Assembly (NCBI GenBank): GCA_964489845.1 | Contig: CAZAZV010000002.1 | Span: 770 to 64,769, forward strand | DNA from: an uncultured Candidatus Saccharibacteria bacterium | GTDB taxonomy: Bacteria; Patescibacteriota; Minisyncoccia; UBA6257; GWB1-50-10 | Direction: 5' to 3' | DNA length: 64,000 nt | In this document: piece after piece, positions 31,259 through 40,690 of the stretch | How the letters are laid out: each line of letters starts with the position of its first letter | Numbering within the stretch: position 1 is the stretch's first letter | Notes under the pieces: generated by a model | Seen by the model: only the letters and a program-made list of their open reading frames with translations | Databases searched by the model: none | What the model was told of the DNA's origin: nothing | Made by a program: the position numbers and the translations under genes

Positions 31259-31912
31259 ATGCGGATGGACAAATCGCAATCAATCGGGGCCGTACGCGGT
31301 TCGCAAACAAAACTCGAAGCATGCTTCGATAACCAGCTCAAGACGCTGGAACGGCGCGGCGTGGGAATTACGGTTCTCTCGAAACTCCAGGAACAGAGGA
31401 GCGCCGTCATCGACGAGGCGATTCGCATCATCGGCGGGCTGCCGGACGAAACGGACGATGGTAATTTTCCTTTCATCCCCATCATCCCGCTCACGTATTT
31501 CGGCTACTATGGCCTCGTGACGCTCGCGATGCACGATGCGGAAGAATACATCCAATTCGATGTAAGCGAGATAAGCGACGTTGTGAAAACACCGGAAGAG
31601 CCGTACTACGTCCTCAACGTAGAGGATGGGACAATGACGCGCGGCCTGACGGTGGAGAAGGGGACCAAATTTGTCATCGACCGGGAGAGATTCCCGCTCA
31701 CGACCGTTGAGGCGCTCAGCCTTTCCCTCGTCACGGACGTGCTCACTCGTCACGACATCGCGGCAACGTGCTCACGGCGCAAAAAGGACTTCACCAAGAC
31801 GGCGATGGTACCCCTCATCTCCCAGGACCACCTCGACTGGATACTGGGGTTTATCGGGAAACCGGACTGCGGAACGCCGTCATGCCAGCGCAGGCGCCGC
31901 CCCACCTCCTAA
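31259..31912 (+). CDS. Hypothetical protein (possibly DUF5701-like)
   Basis: Own promoter and GGAGG SD; PFIPIIP, NVEDG, PLTTVEAL motifs; family uncertain. Confidence 0.65.
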   Translation: MRMDKSQSIGAVRGSQTKLEACFDNQLKTLERRGVGITVLSKLQEQRSAVIDEAIRIIGGLPDETDDGNFPFIPIIPLTYFGYYGLVTLAMHDAEEYIQFDVSEISDVVKTPEEPYYVLNVEDGTMTRGLTVEKGTKFVIDRERFPLTTVEALSLSLVTDVLTRHDIAATCSRRKKDFTKTAMVPLISQDHLDWILGFIGKPDCGTPSCQRRRRPTS

Positions 31913-31953
31913 TGTGCTAAAGGCAGGCCATCACCGACCTGCCTTTTTCATAT

Positions 31954-32406
31954 TTACGCCTCGAGTGTTTTGAAAACGACTTTCCCGGAGTAGTCGAGCG
32001 CGTCTTCCGCCTTGATTTTCTGGAGCGGCGGGAGGTTTGAAACAGGAACAAATTTATATTCTGAATGTTCGTGACTCAACGTGATGTGGCTCATATCTGA
32101 AACGGCGCATGTGAAAACCGCAAGCTGTGTATGGATGCGGGGAAGGAAGTAGATGCCGGTGAGCGTCTTCGGCTCGACGTCGAGTCCCGTCTCTTCCCGA
32201 CACTCGCGCTTGAGCGCCTTATGGAGCGTTTCCGTTTTCTCCGCCGCGCCGCCGGGCAAACCCCACTCGTCATCGTACGAACTGTGCAGGAGGAGAATTT
32301 CTCCGGCGCTATTCATGATAACTCCCTGCACGGCGAGGCCGGGCGGCGAGAGGCGCGCAACGAGGTCTCCGAAGAGATATACCATGCGCTTCAATACGTG
32401 TTTCAT
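31954..32406 (-). CDS. NUDIX hydrolase
   Basis: Nudix box PGG..E..E...ALKRECREETG; LSHEH. Confidence 0.9.
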   Translation of the reverse strand: MKHVLKRMVYLFGDLVARLSPPGLAVQGVIMNSAGEILLLHSSYDDEWGLPGGAAEKTETLHKALKRECREETGLDVEPKTLTGIYFLPRIHTQLAVFTCAVSDMSHITLSHEHSEYKFVPVSNLPPLQKIKAEDALDYSGKVVFKTLEA

Positions 32407-32426
32407 AACCTCGATGCTATGCGGTT

Positions 32427-32657
32427 TTATAATGTCTCCAAAATTTCCAAATACTGCTCGCGGGTTATATTCAGGATACGGAGATTGTTGCGGATAACAA
32501 AAACCGGCAGCGTACTATCTTGCGGAACCACTACCGGTCTCTTAACGTCTTCACGGCGATAGATGCGATGGTCTCCCTTCTCACGAACAAACACGCAACC
32601 GACCCGGAGTAAAAATTTCTCGAACGTTTTCCAATCGACAGGACGAATCCTTGGCAT
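32427..32657 (-). CDS. hicA: HicA-family mRNase toxin
   Basis: 77 codons, G..FVREKGDH.IY, VVVP. Confidence 0.85.
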   Translation of the reverse strand: MPRIRPVDWKTFEKFLLRVGCVFVREKGDHRIYRREDVKRPVVVPQDSTLPVFVIRNNLRILNITREQYLEILETL

Positions 32658-32663
32658 CCTACA

Positions 32664-32945
32664 CTATGCGCAAACCGCAACCGAGACGGGTTCAGAACCC
32701 TGTGAGACAATTTCCGGCGGCTGCCAATTTCGCTCCAGCTTCTTCCAACCAAGCTCCGAGAGCACTTCATCAAGCGTTCCCATCTTGACCAATTCTTCAA
32801 AGAAAAGGCGGACCGCTTCGCCAAATCGTTGCTTCACCTGCATCTCACTCTCTCCCGACGTAGACAAATCCAAAGCGGGTGTATATGCCACATATCGCCC
32901 CTCTTCTTTTAAAACCGAAACCGGCAAAACGCAACGCATTTCCAT
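32664..32945 (-). CDS. hicB: HicB-family antitoxin
   Basis: KEEGRYVAYTPALDLSTSGES partial RNase H fold; adjacent to hicA. Confidence 0.82.
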   Translation of the reverse strand: MEMRCVLPVSVLKEEGRYVAYTPALDLSTSGESEMQVKQRFGEAVRLFFEELVKMGTLDEVLSELGWKKLERNWQPPEIVSQGSEPVSVAVCA

Positions 32946-32997
32946 AAGCTTAACTATATCATAAAAGTCTTAATTTTCAACGTACCCTTCATAAGTC

Positions 32998-33025
32998 AAA
33001 AAACCGCCGGTCTCTCGGCGGTTTT
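32998..33025 (-). terminator. Terminator downstream of the displaced fusA 3' fragment
   Basis: AAAACCGCCG-GTCTCT-CGGCGGTTTT with U-run on minus strand. Confidence 0.8.
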
Positions 33026-33049
33026 CAATATAAACGTAGTTCGTAAAAA

Positions 33050-33121
33050 CTACTGTCCGACAATACTCTCGGCAATGTTTCTTGGCACAATGCCGTAGTG
33101 CGAGAATTCCATATTGAACGT
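33050..33121 (-). pseudogene. Displaced duplicate of fusA 3' end ([23 protein letters not shown])
   Basis: 33077-33121 identical (45 bp) to 33289-33333; the remainder is diverged but in frame to a stop. Confidence 0.92.
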
Positions 33122-33251
33122 CGTCGTCCCGCCAGGGCGGGACTCCTCCCCATAGGGCTTCAGCCCTCTGGTGTCACTCGCTTCGCTCGTTCCAGTCACC
33201 CCAAGCGGGGAAACTACAGTTTCCCCGACCCCCTTCGCACGTTCAATACGG
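33122..33251 (+). mobile_element. Structured element family A, copy 1
   Basis: Three-hairpin core ending CGGGGAAACTACAGTTTCCCCG-ACCCCCTTC, then GCACGTTCAATACGG complementary to fusA 33321-33335. Confidence 0.75.
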
Positions 33252-33261
33252 TAAGTCCCTG

Positions 33262-35391
33262 CTATTTCCCGACTATCTCTTCGGCGAGGTTTCTTGGCAC
33301 AATGCCGTAGTGCGAGAATTCCATATTGAACGTGCCTCTCCCCTGCGTCATCGAACGCAACGTCGTCGAGTAGCCGAAAAGTTCGGCGAGTGGTATCTCC
33401 GATTCGATGACGCGGACTTTCTCCCGCTCTTCCATCGCGGTAATCGAGCCGCGCTTCGCGTTGATGTCGCCCGTCGCGTCTCCCAAGAATTCGTTCGGCA
33501 CGATGACCTGCACTTTCATAACCGGCTCGAGGAGCTGCAAGCCCGCTTTGCGCGCCGCCGATTGGAATGCCATCGAGCCGGCGATTTGGAATGCCATATC
33601 CGAAGAGTCCACTTCGTGGAACGAGCCGTCGTAGAGGGTCACCTTCGCGTCGATGAGCGGGTAGCCGGCAAGCACGCCTCTCGCGGCGGCTTCCTTCACC
33701 CCCTTCCCCACCGACGGAATGAATTCCTGCGGGATGGCGCCGCCCTTAATCGCGTTCACAAATTCGAATCCTTCCCCGCGCGGCAACGCCTCGAGTTTCA
33801 AAAATACGTGCCCATACTGACCGCGCCCGCCCGACTGGCGGATGTACTTTCCTTCCGCCTCGGCGCTCCCCATAACTGTTTCCTTATATGCGACTTGCGG
33901 GCGTCCCTGCGTCGCCTCGACGCCGAATTCCCGCTTCATGCGGTCGATGACGATCTCAAGGTGCAGTTCTCCCATGCCGGAGATAATCGTCTCGCCGGTA
34001 TCGGGGTCGCCCGACACGCGGAACGTCGGATCTTCTTCACCAAGCTTGTGGAGCGCCACGCCCATTTTCTCCTGGTCCACTTTGCTCTTCGGCTCGACGC
34101 GGACGGAAATGACCGGCTCGGGAAAGACAATCGATTCCAGACGTATCGGATGCGACGGGTCGCAGAGCGTGTCGCCGGTTGTCGTGTTCTTCAGGCCGAC
34201 CAGAGCGCCGATGTCGCCGGCATACACTTCCGGAACTTCCTCGCGGTGATTCGCATGCATCCTGAGAATCCGCCCGATACGCTCCTTCTCGCCGTTCGAC
34301 GAATTCAGGACGTAGCTTCCGCTCTGCAGCGTTCCCGAGTAGAGGCGGAAGAACGCGAGCTTCCCCACGTAAGGGTCGGAGGCGATTTTGAACGCGAGGG
34401 CCGCAACCGGTTCGTCGTCCTTCGGGTGGCGCTCGAATTCCTCGTGCGTCTTCGGGTCGAATCCCTTCACGGGCGGCAAATCGGCGGGACTCGGGAGATA
34501 GTCGACGACGGCATCGAGCAAAAGTTGCACGCCTTTGTTTTTCAGCGCGCTGCCGCAGAAGACCGGCACCACCATTCCTTGCAACACTGCCTTCCGGAGC
34601 GCGTGCCGTATCTCGTCCACCCCAATCGGTTCTTCTTCCAGATACTTGTGGAGCAAGGCATCATCCGCTTCCGCCGCCTTTTCGAGCACTTCGTGACGGC
34701 GCGTTTCCGCTTCCTGTTTCAAGTGTTCCGGTATGTCTATCTCGCGTATTTTTTCCCCGTGTTCGCCCTCGAAGGTGTACGCCTTCAGAGCGACGAGGTC
34801 GATAACGCCGGAGAAGTCGGACTCGAGACCGATGGGTAGCTGGACAGCGACCGCATTCGGCGTCAGCCGCTCGCGGATAGAGCGCAATCCTTTTTCAAAA
34901 TCGGCGCCGGTCCGGTCAAGCTTGTTCACAAAGCAGATACGCGGCACGTGATACTCGTCGGCGTAGTGCCAGTTCGTCTCCGACTGCGGCTCGACGCCTG
35001 CGACGCCGTCAAACACGACGACGGCACCGTCGAGCACCCGAAGCGAGCGCTTCACCTCGACGGTGAAATCGATGTGCCCGGGGGTGTCGATGAGATTGAT
35101 GCGGTGCTCGTGCTCTTTCCGCAACTCCTTCAAGCGCTCTGCGTCTTCGACACCTCCCCGCACGTACGTGGGCGTCCAAAAACATGTCGTCGCGGCGGAT
35201 GTAATCGTGATGCCACGCTCGCGCTCCTGTTCCATCCAGTCCATAATCGCCTGCCCCTCGTGGACTTCTCCGATCTTGTGGGAAATGCCGGTATAAAAAA
35301 GGATGCGTTCGGAAACCGTCGTTTTCCCGGCATCAATGTGAGCGATGATACCGATATCTCTAACTTTCTCTATGGGGTATTTTCTGGGCAT
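33262..35391 (-). CDS. fusA: Elongation factor G
   Basis: [36 protein letters not shown]. Confidence 0.99.
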   Translation of the reverse strand: MPRKYPIEKVRDIGIIAHIDAGKTTVSERILFYTGISHKIGEVHEGQAIMDWMEQERERGITITSAATTCFWTPTYVRGGVEDAERLKELRKEHEHRINLIDTPGHIDFTVEVKRSLRVLDGAVVVFDGVAGVEPQSETNWHYADEYHVPRICFVNKLDRTGADFEKGLRSIRERLTPNAVAVQLPIGLESDFSGVIDLVALKAYTFEGEHGEKIREIDIPEHLKQEAETRRHEVLEKAAEADDALLHKYLEEEPIGVDEIRHALRKAVLQGMVVPVFCGSALKNKGVQLLLDAVVDYLPSPADLPPVKGFDPKTHEEFERHPKDDEPVAALAFKIASDPYVGKLAFFRLYSGTLQSGSYVLNSSNGEKERIGRILRMHANHREEVPEVYAGDIGALVGLKNTTTGDTLCDPSHPIRLESIVFPEPVISVRVEPKSKVDQEKMGVALHKLGEEDPTFRVSGDPDTGETIISGMGELHLEIVIDRMKREFGVEATQGRPQVAYKETVMGSAEAEGKYIRQSGGRGQYGHVFLKLEALPRGEGFEFVNAIKGGAIPQEFIPSVGKGVKEAAARGVLAGYPLIDAKVTLYDGSFHEVDSSDMAFQIAGSMAFQSAARKAGLQLLEPVMKVQVIVPNEFLGDATGDINAKRGSITAMEEREKVRVIESEIPLAELFGYSTTLRSMTQGRGTFNMEFSHYGIVPRNLAEEIVGK

Positions 35392-35416
35392 GATTGATTA
35401 CGAAATTATCAGGAAA

Positions 35417-35547
35417 GCGAACATTGATGCGCGAGAGGGGTCGGGGGAACTGTAGGTCCCCCGTGGAGGAAAGCACCGAGGAGTGAAACGACGAGGGCCG
35501 GAAACTGTGGGTTTCTGGGGAGCCCCGCCAAGGGGCGACGCGAAATC
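35417..35547 (-). mobile_element. Structured element family A, copy 2
   Basis: Core closely similar to copy 3, followed by GCATCAATGT complementary to fusA codons His-Ile-Asp-Ala. Confidence 0.75.
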
Positions 35548-35600
35548 TGGGCAATAATACCGATATCCCGTACTTTCTCTATGGGGTAAAGTCGAGCCAT
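35548..35600 (-). pseudogene. Displaced duplicate of fusA 5' end ([17 protein letters not shown])
   Basis: Matches fus[18 protein letters not shown] with synonymous differences; starts 11 bp after the rpsG stop. Confidence 0.92.
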
Positions 35601-35611
35601 ATCTTCAGAAG

Positions 35612-36082
35612 CTACCGCAGGAAACTCGCGAACGCGCGGTTCGCTTCCGCCATCTTGTGCATTGTCTGCTTGCGCTTGATCGCGTTCCCTTCTCCCTCCG
35701 CCGCCGTAATCAATTCCTGCGCCAGGCGCTTCGCCATCGGCGCACCCTTTGCCGCCTGCGCCGCTTCGATGATCCAGTTCGCCGCAAGGAAAAACTTCCG
35801 CCCGGGACGGACTTCGCGCGGTATCTGATAGTTCGCACCGCCGACCCGCCGCGACACAATCTCGAGACGCGGCGACGCATTCTCGATTGCCTGCTCGAAG
35901 ACTTTCAGGGGGTCGGTCTTCTTCTCCTTCTCGATTGCGTCGAACGCGTCATACATAACCTGCTCGGCAACGGACTTCTTGCCGTCCTTCATGAGGTAAT
36001 TGATGAACAGACCGACGTCAACGCGGTCATATCGCAGGTCCGGTTTCCGGTCCCGCTTCTTATAATACGTGCTCTTACGCAT
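35612..36082 (-). CDS. rpsG: 30S ribosomal protein S7
   Basis: [29 protein letters not shown]; start reassigned. Confidence 0.97.
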   Translation of the reverse strand: MRKSTYYKKRDRKPDLRYDRVDVGLFINYLMKDGKKSVAEQVMYDAFDAIEKEKKTDPLKVFEQAIENASPRLEIVSRRVGGANYQIPREVRPGRKFFLAANWIIEAAQAAKGAPMAKRLAQELITAAEGEGNAIKRKQTMHKMAEANRAFASFLR

Positions 36083-36488
36083 GGACCTGTTTCGCTCCAT
36101 ACTTCGAGCGCTTCTGTTTCCGCCCTTCCACGCCGGTCGTGTCCAACACGCCACGCACAATGTGGTAGCGCACGCCCGGCAAGTCCTTTACCCTGCCGCC
36201 GCGGATCATCACGACCGAGTGCTCCTGGAGGGTGTGTCCCTCACCGGGTATGTACGCCGTTACCTCGGCGCCGTTCGTGAGACGCACGCGCGCCACTTTC
36301 CGGAGCGCGGAGTTCGGCTTCTTCGGCGTCGTCGTGAACACCTTCGTGCACACGCCGCGCTTGAACGGCGACGGATATGACGCGCGCCGGTTTTTTACGC
36401 TGTTGAAACCGAACGAAAGCGCGGGCGCTTTCGGCTTGCGCCGAATCGAGACCCGCCGCTTCCGCACCAATTGATTGATGGTAGGCAT
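36075..36488 (-). CDS. rpsL: 30S ribosomal protein S12
   Basis: [32 protein letters not shown]. Confidence 0.99.
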   Translation of the reverse strand: MPTINQLVRKRRVSIRRKPKAPALSFGFNSVKNRRASYPSPFKRGVCTKVFTTTPKKPNSALRKVARVRLTNGAEVTAYIPGEGHTLQEHSVVMIRGGRVKDLPGVRYHIVRGVLDTTGVEGRKQKRSKYGAKQVHA

Positions 36489-36527
36489 ACTAAAATGTAA
36501 TCCCGCTATGGTAACAAGAACCCCGCG

Positions 36528-37169
36528 CTACGTCAATTGCATAAACGCACGCCACGCCTCATTTCCGGCGAGTGCATGAAATACGGAAGCAACGAGGTTA
36601 AAGAATATGTTACCAAACAACGCGAGAAAAAGAAAGACGAAGACAATACCGGCGAGTCCGGCGCCCTGCACCGCGAAAGAATACCGCGGCGGCAGGAAGA
36701 GCGTCATAATCTTCGAACCGTCCAGGGGCGGTATCGGGATAAGATTGAAGAGCGCGAGGAGCAGATTCAGAAACACGACGAAGCCGAGTAGTGCGAGTGC
36801 TGTCTCCGACAAATATCCTCCCGCGAAGCGGAGAACGAGTCCGAGTACGACGGCGATGACGGCGTTGGTCGCCGGTCCCGCGAGCGCGACTTTCAGTGGT
36901 CCGTACTTCATATCCCGCCACAGATGCGCGGGGTTGTATGGAACCGGTTTCGCCCACCCGAAAATCACCGGCGAGCCCGTTATAATCAAGAGAAGCGGCA
37001 AAATGAACGAACCAAAGAGGTCGAGGTGCGCGACGGGATTCAAGGTCAGGCGACCCGCGTCGCGGGCGGTCGTATCTCCGAGCCATTCCGCCGTGTACCC
37101 ATGCGCCACTTCGTGTATCACGACGGAAAACAAGAGAACGATGATTTGAAACAATGGAAACAAATTCAT
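36528..37169 (-). CDS. Site-2 protease (M50) family
   Basis: HEVAH, AGPATN, FNLIPIPPLDG; start inferred at MNLFP. Confidence 0.93.
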   Translation of the reverse strand: MNLFPLFQIIVLLFSVVIHEVAHGYTAEWLGDTTARDAGRLTLNPVAHLDLFGSFILPLLLIITGSPVIFGWAKPVPYNPAHLWRDMKYGPLKVALAGPATNAVIAVVLGLVLRFAGGYLSETALALLGFVVFLNLLLALFNLIPIPPLDGSKIMTLFLPPRYSFAVQGAGLAGIVFVFLFLALFGNIFFNLVASVFHALAGNEAWRAFMQLT

Positions 37170-37211
37170 ACGTATTAAATATAGTATAATGAGGTCATAC
37201 GATACGCAATT

Positions 37212-37874
37212 ATGATGAAGCACAAATCGGAACACCACGGAAAGATTTTCTTCGCCGTCCTCGTCGGCGGCGGCATCGTCATCTGGGGAATGTACCTCAC
37301 GGCACGACTGAACTCACTCCAAGCGTCTGTCGCCGCGCTCAATGCCGCCCTGAACCTCGAGACCACCACGACACCGGGCATCGTATACAACCCGGGCGCC
37401 TCGAGCACCGCCGCGTCGTCCTCGACGCAAACACAACCCACCTCACCGACCTCATCCGCGCAGCAGCCCGTCTCCGGACTTGTCATCCCTTCGGCAATCA
37501 GCTTCACCGCGCTCTCGAGTCCGCTCCTCACACCGCAAAGTGATATCTCGGTCACCTTGAACAGCGTGGCGAAACTTGACGACGGAAGTGTCGCGCTTTC
37601 CATAACGGCGTCGGCGCCGCAAGCGCAAAATTACACCGCGCTCGAGCCGAAGGCGCTCTTCAGCATCGTGAACGGACAAAATACCATCTACCCCTCCGGC
37701 GTTTCGCAGGGATTCGATTCCCTGGCACCGCGGGGCTCCGTCACCGGCACGGTCACGTTCAGTCCTGCCGGATTCGGCAACGCGATTATTCTCAAAATAG
37801 ACGCGGAGGACGGCAGCAGTTACTACGAATTCAATTTCGCCACCCAAACGTACAAACCGGCGTCACTGGGCTAG
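37212..37874 (+). CDS. Membrane-anchored protein with S/T linker and beta-sandwich-like domain
   Basis: N-terminal TM, low-complexity linker, beta-rich C terminus. Confidence 0.7.
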   Translation: MMKHKSEHHGKIFFAVLVGGGIVIWGMYLTARLNSLQASVAALNAALNLETTTTPGIVYNPGASSTAASSSTQTQPTSPTSSAQQPVSGLVIPSAISFTALSSPLLTPQSDISVTLNSVAKLDDGSVALSITASAPQAQNYTALEPKALFSIVNGQNTIYPSGVSQGFDSLAPRGSVTGTVTFSPAGFGNAIILKIDAEDGSSYYEFNFATQTYKPASLG

Positions 37875-38204
37875 CGCCCGCTTCACGAACTCCTGCGCTT
37901 CCCGTCTGAATTTGTTCGTCTCTTCTTCTATAAACGCATCTACGTGCGGAACTTTTTGAACAAGGAACGATTCGATTTCTTTTTGGGTATTGCCCTTTTT
38001 CTCCAAAAGTTTACCAAACACTTCTTTGTCGGTTTCCGAGAGCGCGTCGAGGATACGCACAATCACCCGCTCCCAGATAATCTTTCCGACATCTTCTAAA
38101 ACGCGTATTCGCTCATCCGCAGGAAGCGAGTCCAAACCGAACAAAACACTCACATCCTGCGGCAACGTGTTCGTATCATCCATATCGTCCATCGTGGTGT
38201 TCAA
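37863..38204 (-). CDS. Small helical hypothetical protein (DUF5663-like)
   Basis: LFGLDSLP..ER..RV..L.E.D..F..LL pattern recalled from CPR proteins. Confidence 0.65.
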   Translation of the reverse strand: MNTTMDDMDDTNTLPQDVSVLFGLDSLPADERIRVLEDVGKIIWERVIVRILDALSETDKEVFGKLLEKKGNTQKEIESFLVQKVPHVDAFIEEETNKFRREAQEFVKRALAQ

Positions 38205-38227
38205 ACAGCGCGACCTTTCATTTCAGT

Positions 38228-39478
38228 TCATTTCTTCTCTTCCTTCTTGCCCTCCGATTTCTTCTTTTCTTTCATTTTCTTCACGACGTCATCCCATCCC
38301 TTGAACCCGAGTACCTTCGCGAACTCCGAGCCGAGCATCACGACAAAGCGTAGGGTCCACTTCCGGAGAAAAAGCCCGCCGATAAGCCCCGCGCCGAGCG
38401 CCGCACCGCCCGCGCCGAGCGCCCCAGCGAGCGCAGTGGGCATTCCGACAATCGCCGCGACGGCAACCGCCGCGCGCGGCGCAGCGGACAAATCCTTCCA
38501 CTGGCGGAACAGCTTCGTGAAAATATTCCTCTCCCGCGGTGGAAGGGATGCTTCGTACGCCTTCAGTGCTTCGGCGTGAACCGATTCGAATTTCTTGAAA
38601 ACCGATGCGCGCAACCGTTTTTCAAACCGTTCCCCCTCGAACCCCTTCGCTCTCAATCGCGCCCGTTCCTGCTCCACCCACGCACCCACAGCTTCTTTCT
38701 CCATCCACGCGCGCACTTCCTCGCGCGCCTGTTTCTTCTCTTCATATATCCGCTTCTCTTTCTCCCATGCGCGCTTTTCTTTCTTTCCTATTTCCCGCCC
38801 TCCCGTCACTTCGGGTTCCTCTATCGCTTCCTTGAATTTCTTCTCCGTCTCCGCTTCCTTGGCTCCGTCCCTCGCGTCCGTCCGTTTCTGCTCTTTCTCT
38901 ATCCACGCGCGCACTTCGACTCCTTCCGCCCCCTCGAGTTTTCCCCGTGTCTCCTCCCAGATCTCCGCCTCTCCCTTCCCCTGATTGTTTTCCCGCTCCG
39001 CACGCAGACGGACAGCCGGCAGATTGGTTTCCGTCGGCGAGGACTCCGGCCGTTGCTCCTCCGCAGGACGCGCTCCGAAACCAACCTTCTTCAGGGCTTC
39101 GCCGACTTCGTAACGAGCTCGCAACCCTTTGAATAACCTCCCAACCGGTACAAATTCTATTTCGTCGTCCTTAAAGCCGTACGCCCGCAATACGTCCTTT
39201 ACATTTTCCGTCAGCTTCAGCTCCTGCGCGTTCACAAGATTCCCCTCCGCATCGTACACCGAATCGAGAAGTTCCTTTGCCCGCCGCTTCATTTCCCACG
39301 CATCGTATGCCTCGTCGCGCTTCTCAAGATAGTTCCCGTAGCCGCCCTCCGCGATAAGCTGCTCGTCAGTTTTTTTCTCCTCGGGTTTCTCTGCCTCTTT
39401 TTCTCCCTGCCCTTCCGCGTTCTTCTCTTGCTCTTCCTGCGGTTCCCCAAATTTCCCGCCAAACGATTCTCTAGACAT
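38228..39478 (-). CDS. Highly charged helical protein with C-terminal Gly/Ala-rich hydrophobic segment
   Basis: E/K-rich; imperfect EVRAW(I/M)EKE repeats. Confidence 0.7.
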   Translation of the reverse strand: MSRESFGGKFGEPQEEQEKNAEGQGEKEAEKPEEKKTDEQLIAEGGYGNYLEKRDEAYDAWEMKRRAKELLDSVYDAEGNLVNAQELKLTENVKDVLRAYGFKDDEIEFVPVGRLFKGLRARYEVGEALKKVGFGARPAEEQRPESSPTETNLPAVRLRAERENNQGKGEAEIWEETRGKLEGAEGVEVRAWIEKEQKRTDARDGAKEAETEKKFKEAIEEPEVTGGREIGKKEKRAWEKEKRIYEEKKQAREEVRAWMEKEAVGAWVEQERARLRAKGFEGERFEKRLRASVFKKFESVHAEALKAYEASLPPRERNIFTKLFRQWKDLSAAPRAAVAVAAIVGMPTALAGALGAGGAALGAGLIGGLFLRKWTLRFVVMLGSEFAKVLGFKGWDDVVKKMKEKKKSEGKKEEKK

Positions 39479-39546
39479 TGTTGCAATTATAGAAAAGATT
39501 GATGCAAAGGGAAATAGACCATCCGCACCGGGAATCGTCTGGTGAA

Positions 39547-39684
39547 GACCGCTACCCCCTGAAAAAGAACCCGCGGAGGGCGAACGGGCACGGTGTCCCG
39601 CCTTGGCGGGACGAGTGAGCCCGAGCGTGAACGCATCCCGCCGGCCGGGGCGGGATGACGTGTTTCGCTTCAGGGGCGTAGCGG
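39547..39684. repeat. MITE-like element family B, copy 1
   Basis: Terminal inverted repeats GACCGCTACCCCCTGAA / TTCAGGGGCGTAGCGG; both ends shared with 56024-56230. Confidence 0.8.
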
Positions 39685-39706
39685 GCGAAACATGGAATAA
39701 TAGAAC

Positions 39707-39735
39707 TTGTCAGCAGAGATATTTTCGGTTACACT
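39707..39735 (+). promoter_or_regulatory. rpmB promoter (near-leaderless)
   Basis: TTGTCA-N17-TACACT, ending 9 nt before the ATG. Confidence 0.65.
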
Positions 39736-39744
39736 CTCTACATT

Positions 39745-39960
39745 ATGCGACAGTGCGCATTGTGCGGAAAATCATACGTTCGCGGACGCAGCCGCAACAA
39801 GCTGCGCGGACACTACAACCCCACCGGCTGGAAACAGAAAAAAGCGAACTTGCAGAGCGTACGCTTGCCCCAAAGCGGCACGCGCGTTCTCGCCTGCACA
39901 CAGTGCATTAAGACGCTTGCCCGGCGCGCGAGCGCTCGGACCGCAGGAGCGTCTCGATAA
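39745..39960 (+). CDS. rpmB: 50S ribosomal protein L28
   Basis: MRQCALCGK....KANLQ......CTQCIKT. Confidence 0.85.
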   Translation: MRQCALCGKSYVRGRSRNKLRGHYNPTGWKQKKANLQSVRLPQSGTRVLACTQCIKTLARRASARTAGASR

Positions 39961-40687
39961 ACGTCTTTGTCTCCGCCACTCCCGTAACGGGCGTGGCCTC
40001 CACATTCGTGCGGAGCGCTGCTTCGTCGTTGCCTCCCGGGTAGAGCGCATCACCGACGTAGCACATATCTTCTTCGGGGATATCGAGCATGCGGGAAACC
40101 TGCTGGATGCCGTACGCTTTATCGATGCCCTGTTTCGTCACGTCCACCGACGTCAATCCTCCCGAACGAACTTCGAACTCCGGGAGGTATCCGCGGAGTG
40201 CCTGTACGAGCGCCGGACGGACATCGTGTACCGTATTCCACGCGCGCTTCGCTTCGAGCGGCGCTTCCTGACCGACCGCCGAAAACGTCAGCTGTCCCCC
40301 GCGGTCTTCGATAATTTCTCCGTACGTCCGCTCCGGCGGGACATACCCGATATCATGGAGCGCTTTGGTAAACGCGTCCCGGATGCGCTCCTTCTCGTGC
40401 AACGCAAATTCATTCCGGTATATCTCACGCCATGAGCCGTTCGTGAAACGATACATACTGCTCCCCGACAAGGGGAGGATGAGGAGGTTGGTATAACAGG
40501 AATCGTCGCACGGGAAATGCGCGAGAAATTGTTTCTCAAACTGGGTGTACCTGCCGCCGCCGATGACTGCGACAGGCACATGTCCGAGGAGACGGCGGAG
40601 CAGGGCGGCCATCTCGGGGGCGAGAGGCGCCTTGCTCTCAGTGAGTGTCCCGTCAAGGTCGAAGAGTATCGCGCGTCGTTCCCGCAT
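39908..40687 (-). CDS. HAD-IIB hydrolase, phosphomannomutase-like
   Basis: FDLDGTL, EDRGGQLTFS, GGLTSVD, GD.LYPGGND. Confidence 0.85.
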   Translation of the reverse strand: MRERRAILFDLDGTLTESKAPLAPEMAALLRRLLGHVPVAVIGGGRYTQFEKQFLAHFPCDDSCYTNLLILPLSGSSMYRFTNGSWREIYRNEFALHEKERIRDAFTKALHDIGYVPPERTYGEIIEDRGGQLTFSAVGQEAPLEAKRAWNTVHDVRPALVQALRGYLPEFEVRSGGLTSVDVTKQGIDKAYGIQQVSRMLDIPEEDMCYVGDALYPGGNDEAALRTNVEATPVTGVAETKTFIETLLRSERSRAGQAS

Positions 40688-40690
40688 ATG

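Noticed and set aside
35409-35600. 63-aa ORF and its look-alike at 45847-46038 (RNP.FPALV..LL.AFL.G) as a protein family
   Set aside because: The similarity comes from the shared DNA element; copy 1 keeps the hairpins but not the peptide
33050-35600. DGR template/variable repeat or self-splicing intron explanation for the fusA duplicates
   Set aside because: Differences are not adenine-specific, no reverse transcriptase is present, and fusA is uninterrupted
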